From contig JAQGDQ010000126.1 of NCBI GenBank assembly GCA_030141605.1, positions 62,001-126,000 of the forward strand: a stretch of DNA of 64,000 nucleotides. Reading direction: 5' to 3'. The notes under the pieces are model-generated. The model was given only the letters and a program-made list of their open reading frames with translations. It had not been told where the DNA came from and ran no database searches. Position numbers and translations under genes: made by a program. The stretch comes from Tubiluchus corallicola (taxonomy: Eukaryota; Animalia; Priapulida). Shown in pieces: positions 1 through 16,740 of this stretch (position 1 is its first letter; each line of letters opens with the position of its first letter).

Positions 1-60
1 AATAATAATAATAATAATAATAATAATAGTAAAACGATGACAAAAACAACAACAACAATA
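1..60. repeat. (AAT)n/(AAC)n microsatellite, truncated by window start
   Basis: aataataat... then acaacaacaac read directly. Confidence 0.9.
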
Positions 61-2533
61 CTAATAAGATGAAGAAACGCTTTATTTCACGGCGATAAGC
101 AATTTTTATATAATATTGTCGATAAAGAGCTATTACTGTTTATAATATTTATGTAAAATAAACTTATCTTTGTCTTATCTTATTCTGTCTTGCACACAAA
201 TCCACATAAGCACAATAAAAAATTCACAAACATAAGTACACAACGCATACAAGAACACGTTCCAACAATTACGGGACCCTTTTTAAGCTTATTTTTGAAA
301 GAAAATAATTTATAACAAATACTACTAAGTGTTTATCACAATGTAGGTTGAATGTCAATTCTTACTAAAATTAATCCGTATCTTTCAATTTAGAATCGCG
401 AATAGCTGAAATTTTATAAATATACATGAAACAGCCGGCCTCTAGGAATGAGAGCAACATGTCTATAAATATAATTAATTAACAATTTCTTAACTTCCGT
501 GTCTCCGGTTTTGTTAAAATATAAACTGATCGACAACACACATAGATCGGAATTCTGGGACAATATCTGACATTTGGCTTAAGAACCCAGTCATTTCTTA
601 GCAGTAAACACTACATTGTATACTGAAGTGAATTTACCTTTTACGTTGCCATTCTTACACAGTGTACGTTTTCTCGTATCAACAGGATGTTACATATGCA
701 CGTAATAAGTGTGCACAGACAATTGACAGCCGGACAGGCGCACTAACGCTAGAGAAGCCAAGTTCTTGCAGAGCAGAGGTAATTAACATTGGTGAACCAG
801 TGCGTAAACGGTGGTTTAATCAGAACGTGCAATTACGAATTTACGAAAAACTGAAGAAACGTTTCAGCACACGCAAAAGATTTTCATTAAACTTTAATAA
901 GCATCAGGCGATTAAACTCAAGGCAATTCAACAACAGAAAAGTGAGAAGCATTTAAACCAGAGATTTCTATCACATAGGTAAGAACTATGGACTGAATAA
1001 AAGCATTAATATCGACGCGAAAATGTTTCTTCAAAATGCAAATTACACAGAATACTATTGCTTTGCTATTTAATTTATTCATAATTATAATCTAAGACGA
1101 CGCAGCGGACGAAACCTTCATCGGATTTTTTTGTTTTCGCTATTACACAGCTAAGAAAGATTAAGATTATGAGTAAGAGTAATGTCGCACCAGGAGTAAT
1201 AGTAAAAAAGATCACTGTGATGGTTCAGGTTAGGAGGAACACAGTAACCGAAAACCACCTTTTGATGTTGAGTGTGCCGAAAGGTGTATGCTGATTATTT
1301 ATGCTAGCTTTATGACATGTTTATTAAATGTTCACTGGAATGAATATTTTCTTTGTTAATTTTTCTAAATAATATATGGGTTGTTTTCCTTTCATTGGTT
1401 AACGACATTTTATCTGACTAGTAAGATACTATTTAATGACATGTAACAACAAATTTAACAAGATTCCAAATATTCAAAAAACGACAATGAGCATCAACGG
1501 AAAACCCCTTCCCCCGAATATTGGCGATCTACCTTAGTTCTGCTGAGTGTTCACTGGCGATACAACAGCACACCCTGACAATCACAGCTTACAGATTTTT
1601 GCATGAAAGTGTCGCACAGACGAACATGGTGAACATTTAACATCCACGTAAATGATAACAGGATCCCTGCGGCAAAGGAAACAGACATCATACTCCTCGA
1701 GTGAATCTGACCACTTTACAGTCTACCATCCCTATCGTGTTAAACAAGCAAACGGTTAATAACAGTTATGGTTACAACAGTAATAACGTTACGTCTTTCT
1801 GTGATTGCTAACGTCTCCTCGGGTCCGTGAAACTTGCACCAGAACTCGGGACCACATCACATGTCATGACATCAAACTGAGACAGGATACAAGATGGAAG
1901 ATACTTAACGTGTAGACGTACCCCAGTTTAACACAGAAAACCACTCTCTACTGTTACGAGGCATAAAATTGGAAGGTAAAAAAATCCAGGTCACACTGTT
2001 AACGTGAATATATGCAACGTAACTTTATGCGCGAATATCTCTCTAGATGTAATACTCGTGTACTTACCTAAGTGACCTAGTTAACAGAGGTAGTAATTTA
2101 TAAAATCAAAATGTGATTTAGTAAAACATTAAATTAAATTAAAAAGGAAAAAGAAAACTAAAATTTTATCTCTTTGTCATCAGCCTGCCTTATCAATGCC
2201 AACAAGTTATGTGCACGGGTATTAGGCTAGTGATTCCCTACATTACCATAACATCACAATCACTAAAATTCAAAGAACTGTGGTAGTTTTTGAATAAACC
2301 TATCGGTAGGTAACATGTTTAAACTCTCAGTCAAGAATCTGATGTCATGGTGATGTCACAATGACCTCATGCATGAGCTCATAATGAGATCAAAATCACG
2401 AACTTATACGCATTATGTGGTAGTTGCTTTTTGATGGATAAATGATTAAAAGAACAAATAAAAAGAACAAATATTAAGCGCATGCAAATATGCAAATGCT
2501 TGTTAACAAGCTAGTGACTAGTTGATCGACTTA

Positions 2534-2557
2534 CTGACTGACTGACACACACACCCA

Positions 2558-2589
<32 letters not shown>

Positions 2590-2620
2590 CACAGACACAC
2601 GCACACACGCACGCACACAT
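2534..2620. repeat. compound (CTGA)/(CA)n/(CACG)n microsatellite
   Basis: ctgactgac, cacacac and gcacgcacgcac read directly. Confidence 0.9.
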
Positions 2621-3099
2621 ACTTTCAATACTAAACACTGTTAAAGGCAAATGCGTCTGGTGCAAAACTATAAACTACTAATGCATAAAATTAAAACTAA
2701 AGCAATTAATACATATACATTACAATATACACATAATACGTAATACATAAAACAATACATTGGTACAATACAATAACAATACATAATAAATGTAAGAGAA
2801 AATTTTCATCAATATCACCAATATATACAATGCATTCGTATACAATACCTAACGAAAAATACTTGTACTGCTTGCCGTTTTAATTACGAATTATGAGTTG
2901 CGAATTTATAATTTTTCTCTTTCAGTTATCGGGGAAGTGGGTATACAAGTAGTAGTAGCAGTTTTTACTGACTAATTTTTTTACAACATAACATATGTTT
3001 AACAATGTTGCGGTAATATAGAATTAGTCCGCAGAGTTTACAACATTATAGTACACGACATCCAAACACAGCTTCACTATTAAACTATTAATTCATACA

Positions 3100-6000
3100 A
3101 GGTAATTTAACTATATACACACTATTCAAACACTTTCAGAAAAAGATAACAAATTTCAAATGCTTTTTACAAGACAATATTGAGGTAAATGATTTGAAGT
3201 CCACAACGGTAAACTGGGTTCATAAGTGATCAGTTTGAGGACAGCTCATTTATTCTTCCTTATTCTAGAACTGAGGACAGTTCTTCAGTTTGTGTGGATC
3301 CGGATGGGCATAGTCTTTGTTCTCGGGTTGGCGGCTCTACCGTCCTGTTTCAATTTTCAAACTACGTAATTGTAGACGCAGTCGAGTGAAAGCCATTCGA
3401 TATAATTCGAAGGTTTCTTGAGTAATTAGGGGTGGTTCGAGTGTAGGATTCATTTGACAATATGTAACTCGCTTTGAGGAATTGCTGTTTTTTTACTGAA
3501 TTAGTCAGGTTAAGTCTTTCAGCACTTGCCAAATCTTGAATGTCACACAACGTCAGGCGAGACAAACAACTAGCCAAGGGCGAGTTCATTAATAGAGCAA
3601 GAGCAAAGCATTTAACACTGGTTCATATTTTTCCGGATTAGCTATCAAAGTCTTCCACAATTTGGCCTGTCGTATTTTCAGCCATGTCCTAAAGCTCAGG
3701 TAGTCAGACTCTATGTACACCAAATCATTACAAGTAGATGTTTCCACTTCCAGTAAGGATTTTATTAATTCCAGGTAAAGTGCTTGTGGAATTCCACGCT
3801 TCAGCACTGTAGAAAACTCCTGCTAATAGAGCACAGTCAAGAACTTTTTCCTTCACAACGTATGGAAAATCATTATTTTTCTGTACGAATGCATAAAATT
3901 TTAGTACCTGCACTTGTTTTTCTTCTTCATGCCTTGTAAACAAAGTTTTGCTCTTCGGGTCTGCAGTGATCAGAGCACCTAAATATATATAATGAAACGT
4001 ATTTTGAACTGTTAACCCGTTTACACATAGAGTTTGTCGGTCCGCATCAATTCCGTTGATCACCATAAATTTAGTTTTTATCGCTTTCACATTCATTCCG
4101 TACTCAGAACAGAAATGAATTAGTATTTCAAGTTTTTCCATGCACTTTTGTTCGATTACTAGCAAAAATTGCGGTATCATCCATGTAAAGAAGATCGCGG
4201 AAATTTCTCAACCACCCGTCTTCACCCGACGCTTTCAAAGCACGCACAAGTTGATTTATGTAAATGCAAAAAAGTAGACAAGAGCTGTGTATGATCCCTG
4301 TTTGACTCTACAATTGTAAAAAAAAACTATTCTACCCCGATCACGTTTTCCGCTGTGGTGCACATGCGTGCAACTACTTTTCTTTGCCCTGTCCACTGTG
4401 TCATATACCTTCTCAAAATCAGTATACAAAATAAACAAACTTTTTCTTCGATTTGGCAGCTGCTTCTATTATGAGTCTCAAAGCTATCACCTGTTCAACC
4501 GAACCTCTACCACATTGTGCACCGGTTTACTCTGTATCTGGGCATACCCACAACTTTAGTCGTTCATTTATAAGACTGTCATACAGTTTGCACAGTGAAT
4601 GTACCGAACTAATTTCTCGGTAATTTTCTGCACACAGATGCACACAAGTTCAGCAAGTCCCACTCAACGGGAATTGGTCCTTTCAAAAAGACAGTGTTTA
4701 AAAGGTGAAGTGCGACTGCTATGCATTCCATAGGTAGGTATTTAAACCACGAGTCTGCACTAAGTCGGGTCCTACACCTTTAAAGTTTATTCATCTCCAA
4801 AACTTCCAAATCTCCTTCTCACTCTTTGCGTTTAGAATATTTTTCCATTTATCTTCTGAAGACCGAGCTATGACAGGTAGTTTCACAATTGAATTTTTTG
4901 CACAAGTATACAACATATATATCAGAGAGTCTGACAACACATTGCAATCCCAACTGAAAACATCACTAGGTACCGTGTAGTCATTTAACAATCTACAAAA
5001 GTTCACCCAGTCTAGATTTTGAGATTTGATAGGCTTCTTTGTTGTAGTCTTAACAGTAAAATGCGAATAGTCGCCTAGTCCAGCATATCTGGCTAACATG
5101 TTAGCCATTTACAAGTTGTCGGGAAGAAAAGACATTATGATCTGGGCATGATTCGACGGGAGATTAACCTCATAACTAATTTCGAAATTTACAATGCTAT
5201 TAATCAGTTCTTTCGATACTACAGCAAAGTCAATTTGTGACATCCACCTATTTTTCATTCTAAAAGTCATTCCACCATCATACTGCCGCTTGTTTGCATT
5301 TAAATGGTTAACTAGAAACTAATTGTTATTTGCACACAATGACAGGAGTTTTGGGCCGTTATTGTGCCTTGTATCTGGGTTAACAGAGTAAATGTAACCA
5401 TTTGCTCCGCCAAGCAACCTGTTTATTAACGCGACTATTGAAGTCCCCAATTAGTAGCAGGTATTGCCCCTTTTCATAGGCATTGGTAACAACACTGTGT
5501 TCATTTGTGAAATGCTAGGAGTTGAAATAGTGCGAGTCGTGAGGTGGGATATAGCAGCCGCATAACACAATATTAGGCAACTTTGCTAACGTTTATACAA
5601 ATCATGTTTTATTTATCTGTAACTACTGATGTTACCTCATTCTTCAAATTCTGTTTTACTAATACAGCTACCCCACCCAGATGACCCTCTTTAATTGAGA
5701 CCTCACTTATATACACTACAAAACAAAGTACATTAAACATCAAAGCAGTTTTACATTCATGAAAATAACGTCAAACTGCACAAGAAATTGCAAAACACTT
5801 TTGTTGCTGCACTTATTTTTCACTCCATTGATATTCCAAGACTCTACTTCAAATTGTTAGTAGTATTTACAATATTAGTCGTTACCCCACGTTTTAAAAA
5901 TTTATCCTGTTACAAGAGTAAATTACAACACCGTCACGAGTAATGCTTTTTTTGCCAGTTGATTTGTATATTGTGCCCAACGTTTTCTGGTTTACCATTT

Positions 6001-6510
6001 TCTTCCTTCATTTTCTGTCCCAAATCAGAGTTTATTTTTCGAATCTCAGGCGGTAAATCTCGCTTTGTTTAAACTTTTTTGAATCCTTTTGCTTAGCACT
6101 TTGCTTAAGAATGTGTTTAGCCAGTTCATTACTTTGGCATCTGATAATTACTGGTCGTGGTCGTGGTCGTGATGATACTGTTGTAGCTACGGCGACATTT
6201 TGTCGGGCTGCCTGCACTGATTGTGGTTGTTTGCCTAGTCTTTGCGCTGTCAGCTCACTGATCTCAACACCTAGCACTTGCATAACTGCATTTCCACTTC
6301 TCTTCTTCAGTATCAGCACCTGCAACATCGCCTTTTGGTATACCCGTAATAATAACATTGCAGCTTCGTTTTTCTAAGTCTATGTTACGAAGATATTTTT
6401 GGTGATTTTCGGCAACCATCTTGAATTCTTCACACGCCTTTTTCATTCTTTCGTTCTTTACTTGTAAGTCAGAGATTTTTGCATTATAAGCGTTTGTGCC
6501 ATCTTTTAAG
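3100..6510 (-). mobile_element. Decayed near-full-length non-LTR retrotransposon (CR1/L2-like; ORF1 + endonuclease + RT)
   Basis: ORF1 pieces (EKRSCNVIITGIP; RLGK...RPRPVIIR) at 6032-6446; degenerate endonuclease region about 5100-5850; RT pieces YTDFEKVYDTVDR and VKQG (4256-4438), KTKFMVING and YIYLG (3728-4180); many stops and frameshifts. Confidence 0.85.
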
Positions 6511-6514
6511 TTAG

Positions 6515-9100
<2,586 letters not shown>

Positions 9101-9359
9101 CATACAATTGCGGCTGATCACTTGACTATATTCGTATTCTCACTATACAGACGTATTGTCTGTATTATATACAGACAAAATTTGAATTAAAAAAGTTAAG
9201 GTCATTTACATGAGTTGTTTTTTTAAATCTACTTGGCTGTGTTGTTTCAGTTTCTTTTTAAAGATAGCTAGTGATTCTGATTGTTTTATAATACATGGGA
9301 GGGAGTTCCATAGATAAATTGCTTGTTTGCTTAGTGAATATTGTTTGCATGAATTTGCT

Positions 9360-9590
9360 TTAGGTTATTTAGGCCTAACCAAAGCCTTTGACACGTTAGA
9401 TTATGATGTTCTTCTCATAAATTGAAAAATTATAGCCTAAATAAGCATGCAATAGTATTTTTAGAAAGTTACTTAAGTTGATATTGAAATTAAACGTGTT
9501 ACGGCGTTTAAATTTCTCGGGATAGTCATCGATGAACATTTGTCTTGGTCTGCTTATGCAGATGTCTTAAATATTAAAGTGTGGTAGTCT
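9360..9590 (+). mobile_element. CR1/L2-like RT fragment
   Basis: Translates to LTKAFDTLDYDVLL and KRVTAFKFLGIVIDEHLSW. Confidence 0.75.
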
Positions 9591-9599
9591 CGCTGAGAT

Positions 9600-11000
9600 T
9601 CTAATATGGGGATTTTCATTAAAGTTCTTAAAGTTGTTCGTTCAACCATAAAAAGTAGGCATTACTAATGTTTTGTATATGAGAATTTCTGTGTGTTGTC
9701 AATTGTCCTCTAACTTTGCGTAGATACGCTATACTAGTTGCCATCTTTTCGTGGATTTGATTAAAGTGTTCATGCCAATTTAGTTTGTTATCTACAGTTA
9801 CGCCTAAGAAATTGACAGTGTCTGCTTGTTCTATATTGTCGTTACCAACTTTTAAACTACTACTTCTGTTATCACTTTTTCACTATTCATTTTTAGACCG
9901 TGGTAATTAAAGGCAGAAATGATGTTTTCTATATCTTGTTGTAGTTTGCGTTTAACTGCTATTGGATTTTTGTGTGCTGCATAAATAGTGATATTGTCTG
10001 CATAATTGTGTTATACCAGAATTCTGTAAAATGTGCTCATTTTATTCACATAAAGGCAGAACAACAGATGTTCTAGAATTGTTTCTTTTAGGAACGTCTT
10101 TTTGATTAGAGCTGATTTTATTATTTATAAGTAAACTTTCGATTTGAGATTGACTATTTTTATATCTGTTAATGACGTTATTTATTAATTGGCATTTTTG
10201 TTTAGACGCCGTTGCATCCTTATATTGTTTACTATAGTGCTTATTTTTTTAAAGCGTTATTACGATTATTAAACTTGTTTTTTGCTTGTTTGTATTTTTT
10301 GCATACTTCTTTGTTTTTTGTGTGTAACCATGTAAATTACATTTTTGTTTTGTCTAAGAATTTCGAATTAAATGTGGTGCCCTAGAAGAACTTGATGACT
10401 AACAAAATAATCATCGACTGGGTTCTCTTAATCATCATTTCCTGCGGATGAACAAATAGAAAAGATTGGAAGTCAGTAGCTAATAAGAAATTGAACTTAT
10501 AGGAGTGCCGTGGTAAATGCTAAAAGTTTAAATATTATTGCTTAAATTTATGCTGCCTCCTTACACTTTTCGGTCCTTCTTGTGCTTGATAGCCTTAAGC
10601 ATGTGAAACCGTTTATCCGCTCCTGATCGTTTATGTTATGATTTTCTGGATAAGTTTGCAATTCGTTATTTATAACCTTGGCGAATAGTTTGCTCAGACA
10701 GCTAGAAATTGCAGTATCGCGATAATAGTTTGGGTCTGAATTAACTCAGGAGTTGTATAATGGCACTACTGGACTTTCTGACTAGTTTAATGGATATATG
10801 ATAAGTAAATGCGTTTAAACAATTTTGTGTTGTTTGGTGCTAGGACATTTATAGTATATTTTATAATTTCGTCAGAGATGACATCGTAAGAACTGTTGTT
10901 TTATTATTTTTTAGAAAATTAGCTGCCGGAATAACTTTTTGCCGGGTGATTTTGAAATATAATTCATTCAATATGGGTGAGATTTCAGGCGAGTGTTGGG
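9600..11000 (-). mobile_element. Fragmented LINE RT relics
   Basis: Degenerate VP.ETILEHLLFCLYVN...YADN near 9990-10100; DPNYYR.TAISSCLSKLFAKVINNEL near 10660-10750. Confidence 0.7.
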
Positions 11001-11039
11001 CAGAGAGCTGGTGCGAGTCATTCCAGTTTAATAAATTCT

Positions 11040-12560
11040 TATAGAGGGGGCGAGATGGCCTACTTCAGTTTTACAATGTATACATAATGCCAGGATTAAT
11101 AAATAACCCTACGTCTATGTTAAATGACAGTAAAACCTTTTTTCTGTAGGTGATCTGCAATAAATATTATTAAATAAATACATTTAATTTTTGCTTTTAC
11201 CCTGGCTAAGTTGGGCGACAGTAGTCCTTCTCGCACAGTCTAGTTGCTGTCTGACTATACGATTTTAGAAAGCTTGCTTGAAAGAATGGAAATGTGGAAA
11301 AGTTGGGGAACTTGTTGGATTTCAACCAGAACTAGGGAGGACTCGCTTACAAGATGAGCGCCATAAGTATTAGTCTACCAGTGTTCATGACAGATCTTAT
11401 TTCAATCATTCTGATTGGCCTTTAGCTATTTTTGCTTTTTCGAAAATGAAATTAGTATTCCCAGTTAACTCTTATAGGTAGTGGGTGAGATGGGCGACCA
11501 TCCATCTTTCTCACTGGTTGCCGTGTGAAACATAAAATGATATGACAATGAGTGAAGGTAATATACACAGATTTTCTTTAATAATATTCTGTTTTAAATG
11601 TTAACAGTTTATTGTTTAATACAGTAATTCTGTTAAATGTTAGACTTAAGCCTTAAAAGTGCTTTCATTAGACATGACAAAGATTTATAACCAGAAGTTC
11701 GCCTGTTTTAATCTAAATCAGGGCTTCACAATTGATTAAAATAACAACTTATTTTATATTCAGTTCAATTTCAAGGTAACCTAAAAGTAACACAGTGACA
11801 ACTGAGACCTATGTCACTAGAAAGTCACTTGCATCAATCTAAATTAGGCCTACAGAAATGCCTAAGACCATACAATTTATCCATTTGAAGCTTACAACAT
11901 TTATCGTAAAAATAGGTCCCAGTTTTGACGGTGTCAATACCAGCACATACCGAGCTTTTGCGTTTCATGTCACTTTTCACTAAGTGTTCAGCATCCACAT
12001 TTACTGCCACAATACTGTCATTCCCAATTCACCATGCAGTGTCCAGTGTCCCGAATTACTGAACTTCATGAATGAACAACTTGATTTCTTGGTTTTTAGA
12101 CACTATTTGCCAAGAGAATGGTGTTTAAAGATAGGCCTACATCTGTCAGAGAAGTTTTGCGAGGGCTGCTTGTGAAAATGGCAATCGATCCTCTTCGCCT
12201 ATAATTGATTTTGTTAATCCAAGTGACTGAAGAGGTTGCGGCACAGGTCTTACCATTTCAGGTGAAACATAACGTTCTTCAAAATAATAATGATAGTGAG
12301 GTCCTAGAAGATACCCCAGGCATACCAACATCTGCAATAGATGGCTGTGACACATACATAGGTGAAGTTGAAGGTTCTGAATTATAACCAGATATGCTAC
12401 ATCTATAACCGGCTGCAGTTAGCGGCTGCGAGACTTGTAATTCCAAGCTTTGTTGGGGAGTTTAATTCTCACTTGGGATCAATGTTCGGTAATTAGTTAG
12501 CCACAGCATGTGAAAATAATAATCATGCGATCCCTGCCATGCTTTATCTAGCTGATGCTT
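11040..12560 (-). mobile_element. pogo/Fot1-like DNA transposon relic (transposase C-terminal region)
   Basis: VSPEMVRPVP followed after a frameshift by RRRGSIAIFTSSP, typical of pogo/Fot1-type transposase C-termini; related motifs ggcgagatggcc, ggctaagttgggcg, ggtgagatgggcg near 11048, 11205 and 11484 resemble subterminal repeats. Confidence 0.55.
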
Positions 12561-13964
12561 ACTGTTTTACAAGTCCAGCCCATAATACTAAATCATGTTT
12601 TAAGTACTAGACAAAACAGATAGATCATATTTTAAGAACAAATGCGACGAAACCGACGAGGCCGTTCCATATCAGCGGTTTTATACCTGGTATACAACGA
12701 CGATTTGCAATGGCTTCGTAATTGATCGAACCATCACAATATGGGGGTGGGAGTAAAAATAAATGTAGTTTCACTGTGTAACAGTCTTGCGATTACTGTT
12801 ATGCTTTCACAACCAATTCACGTAGATTTTTATGTAGAGCAACAATTTGATGTCCCTCCAAGTATTTGTCCTAAATGGATACCCGGATAAAGCAATAGAT
12901 AATCACTTTGATAGATACAAAAATATTACTGATTAAAAGTTACATGAAATAGCCATGTTTGCAAGTGCTCTAAGGTGTACAAATGTAAACTGTGATAATA
13001 ATATTCGCCGAGCAGACATTAATAAATTCTCTAATGAAGTTAACAATGACTTAACTGAACCTGTGTCTGAAACTGTTCTTTCGTGTAACTCTTGTGATGA
13101 TCGCTCTGAAAATTTTACTGAAATTCCCGGATGAAATGAGTTAGTACCCATCAGCTAAAATACTCGTCATCAGCTGGCGCATACAATGTAGTCCACGTGC
13201 TGGTTTCTATTCGGGCGAAATGAGATGCAAACGAGCAAGTTTTAAACTTGCATTCAAAGAATAGAAGAAACAAGAAGTTAATCAACGTGCAAATAAGTTG
13301 GCTTATAAAATTTGGCAAGGAAACTATAAAGGCTTGTGGAGTAATATTAATCATGAAACGAAGCCAAAAACTCACTTCCGGATAACATTGATAGCGCCGT
13401 GAGTCCAAAGAATATTTGTTCAAAGTCAGCAGATCTTTACAAAAAACTGTTTAATTCATTTGAATGTGAACAGTATCAACAAATCGTTAAAACCAAGTTT
13501 ACAAGAAACATTGATCCTATTTGTCACATTACTGACTAGAAATGAAAAATGCGGCCTCATAGCTCTCATCTAAAAAAAGTCCGTGACCAGATGGCATCTT
13601 CGCGGAACATTATAAATATGCGTCAGATACGTAATATATTATTAATAAGTGATATATTATTGATAGGTATGAGTTTAGTTTATTAACAACAGACAACCAA
13701 TTTGAGTACAAAGAAGTTATTGACTTTTACTGTGAGAAATGCACTCCTGACATATATGCTTTAGGGAGGCTTATAGACTCTAGCAAAGCAGTTGATCGTA
13801 TTAATTATCTTAAATCGTTCTTAAAAATGATAGGCAATACTGATATGCCAAACATTATTGCGAGACTATTGTATTTTTTGTTACAACAAACCAATTATTT
13901 CAGTTAAATGGAATGGATTTATGAAAATAAAATAGTGCTTTTCTGAGGCTTGGCATGTAACTGT

Positions 13965-14135
13965 AAAAGAAGTCAAAATACCCATAAATCTCGAAAAATT
14001 CTTTATTTTTTCAGGAGTTTTCGTCCCACTTTTGGTCGCTTTCGTCGCTTTCTGTACAGCTGACGAAGTCCGAGAGATACGAGAGCTCCTGAAAAAAATA
14101 AAGAATTTTTGAAATTTATGGGAATTGATATATCT
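13965..14135. ncRNA. Palindrome of Penelope-type termini containing a degenerate minimal hammerhead ribozyme
   Basis: Arms 13981-14025 and 14078-14122 are near reverse complements; core CAG-CTGACGA-AGTCC-GAGAGATAC-GAGA-GCTC-CTG at about 14057-14091. Confidence 0.6.
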
Positions 14136-14276
14136 CTAGTTAATTTTATTGTAATGTCAAGGCGACGTCCTATCAAGCAAAATGCTTAATTTTCACTACT
14201 GTGATCTAAGCGAGACATTTTCTTAGACCGTTAATGGCTGTCACGTTAACAATAAGGTTGTAAAACCAAAAGAACG

Positions 14277-16740
14277 GTAAGAGAAGTCAAAATGCCCTTT
14301 AAGTCTCAAAAAATTCCTTATTTTTTCCTTCGGAAGCTTTTGTCACTATGAACTTCATCAGCTGTGCAGTAAAAAAATACAGGTAAAACAACTTATAATA
14401 TAAAAGATGCAAAGTACGTAAATAGGCTGTATTAGAGAAGAACCATTACAGTTACTAAAAACGGAAAGTAAAATAAAAATTAAACTGCCAAACACACCTA
14501 AAATCAACTACATACAGTATAGATTTTGAAAGGTAACTGAAACTCTTCCAATTGACCTTATGGAAATTTAACCTAACCAACTACTTGTGGTGTGCTATCA
14601 GAAAGAAAACACCAGATATAACTATTTGCAGTTTGTTAAAAGCCAGAATTGTATCTGTCACGGCTGTTAATGAAAACAATATGGTTACAGTGGTATATTA
14701 GCTGCAATGCTGTACAATACTGACATGAGATAGAATTATAAATATCTCTAAGATATTAAATTTTTCTAAGATGGAAAAATTACAAAAAATACAGAAGAAA
14801 TTAAAAGAAAACAAAAATGGTTAGAAAATTAAGAAACTTTAAGAAAAGAAAAAACATGTATGCATATAAGATATATAAAAAAATTATGAAAGTTGTAAGA
14901 AATATAAAAAAACATTAAAAATGCTGAGATTGAACTAAACTGATGTACATGTAATTCAAAATTTACCAATCCTTATCAATATAAATTGAAGGTTTGTATT
15001 TTTTAATCAATTTTGCTTCACCCAATATTCTTTCCACATGATTTTTAGCTCTAAATAAAATAGAGGCATTAAAAGGGGGTGATTGCAAAAGGCCATGGTT
15101 TTTACAATTTTTACGTGCGATTTTTACAATTACATAAGTGCTCCATTAAACGGTCTCTAATACGGTGCTTTGTTTGCCCTATGTAAACTTACTAGTAGAC
15201 AGAACAATACAGTTTGTAAACTGTTTTTTATAGTGCAACGTCTGTCCAGTCCTGAAAAGCAAACTATCCAAAGAGCACGTTTGCTTGCAGGACATGGAGT
15301 ACGTTGTAAAGCAGATTTCACAAGTTTGTTTTTAAGGTGTTGTTGTGTCGTTCATATTAAACTGGTGATTTTTTTTATAGTTTTGCCAATTTTAGTTGCA
15401 GTGGAGTCATTCATAAACGGAAGTATCAGGCTTAAGATGTGATGTTTTTTTGACAATTTCTCTGCACTTGCCGCGTCGTTCTACAGACAGCATAGATTTA
15501 ACATTATTAATCTTCCTAGTGACATGCATGTCCCATGGCCCTACTTAGCTTGTTCTGCACTAAAGCCCTTTTTGTCTGGAAGAGATGAGCCGAATAGAAA
15601 TTCAAAAATAACTCACTGTGGGCATCTTTACATGAAGTTCATGTTCAACTTTGCCTATGTAGCTAACTGAGAGAGTCAAGTCCAGAAAGTTTAGCAATCT
15701 AGAATTAACGTTGGTTCAGCTGTGAATTTTATAGCGGGATGAAAGGAGTTAATTTGTCTGAGGAAACAGTGCCTAAATTGCTGCACCATATGTCAAAAAC
15801 AATGTCATTAATATAACAATTCCATAAAATAGGATTATACTGACATGACTAAAGAATGAGAGTTTCTAGACTGTGCATGAAAGTTATGGTAAATAGAGGG
15901 GCTAAACGATTACACACGGGAACTCCTTCATTCTGATGAAAATAAGAAGTGTCAATCCGAAAATAATAGTTTGACATAATCTCATTGAGCATATTAGGAA
16001 TCTCATGTAAGTGTAATACGAACGTATTAACTCCTGGCATATACATAGAAAGGTTCATACAAGCTTCTACACCGTCACTGATGGGTATACTTGTGTATAA
16101 ACTTGTCACGTCTAAACTAAAAAAATAAACTGGTTGTTGGAACACCGTTTGGAAATTGTTTGTGAATATTGTGAAGAAAATGCCTGGTGTTATGGCACGG
16201 TACATTTATTAATAATTATTGCAAAATACGCTCTAATACCCATGAAGGTTCTTCACAAAGAGTTCCATTAGTGGTAACAACTTTTTTCTTTCCTGTTATT
16301 TTCTTTATTTTTTGCCCTTTTATAATTTTTTAAATTTCTTTTTTGTAGCTTTTATATTTTTATATCTTAAAAATATCTTAGAGGACTTTATAATTGTATC
16401 TGATGTCAGTGTTGTTCAGCTAATACACCACAGACACTTGTAATCGTATTGTATTCATTTAGAGTCTAGGTAGATACTATCCTGGCTTTTAACACATTAC
16501 AAACAGTTATCTATGGTGTTTTCTTTCTGATAGCACACCATAAGCAGTTGATTTGACTAATGTTCATAAATTCAATAGGTAAAAGCTTTAACGTTTTTTA
16601 TATCTATGCTATGCGAAGTTGATTCTACATATGTTTATTAGTCTTATTTTCATTTTGCTTTTTTAATTATTAGGGACGAAAACTTCTGAAGGAAAAAATA
16701 AAAAAAATTTCGAGACCTAAAGGGCATGTTGACTTACAGC
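14277..16740 (-). mobile_element. Penelope-like retroelement (RT + GIY-YIG) with inverted terminal repeats
   Basis: RT SLDVTSLYTSIP...NYYFRID...FHQNEGVP (15849-16205); INSFHPAIKFTAEP and LNFLDL about 15680-15755; GIY-YIG VYKLYC...YIGQTKHRIRDRLMEH about 15138-15228; 14280-14800 is an imperfect reverse complement of 16300-16740. Confidence 0.85.

Noticed and set aside
1151-1285. In-frame TAA/TAG suggesting stop-codon reassignment
   Set aside because: Both intact genes in the window end at TAA or TAG with no internal stops; ordinary decay explains it
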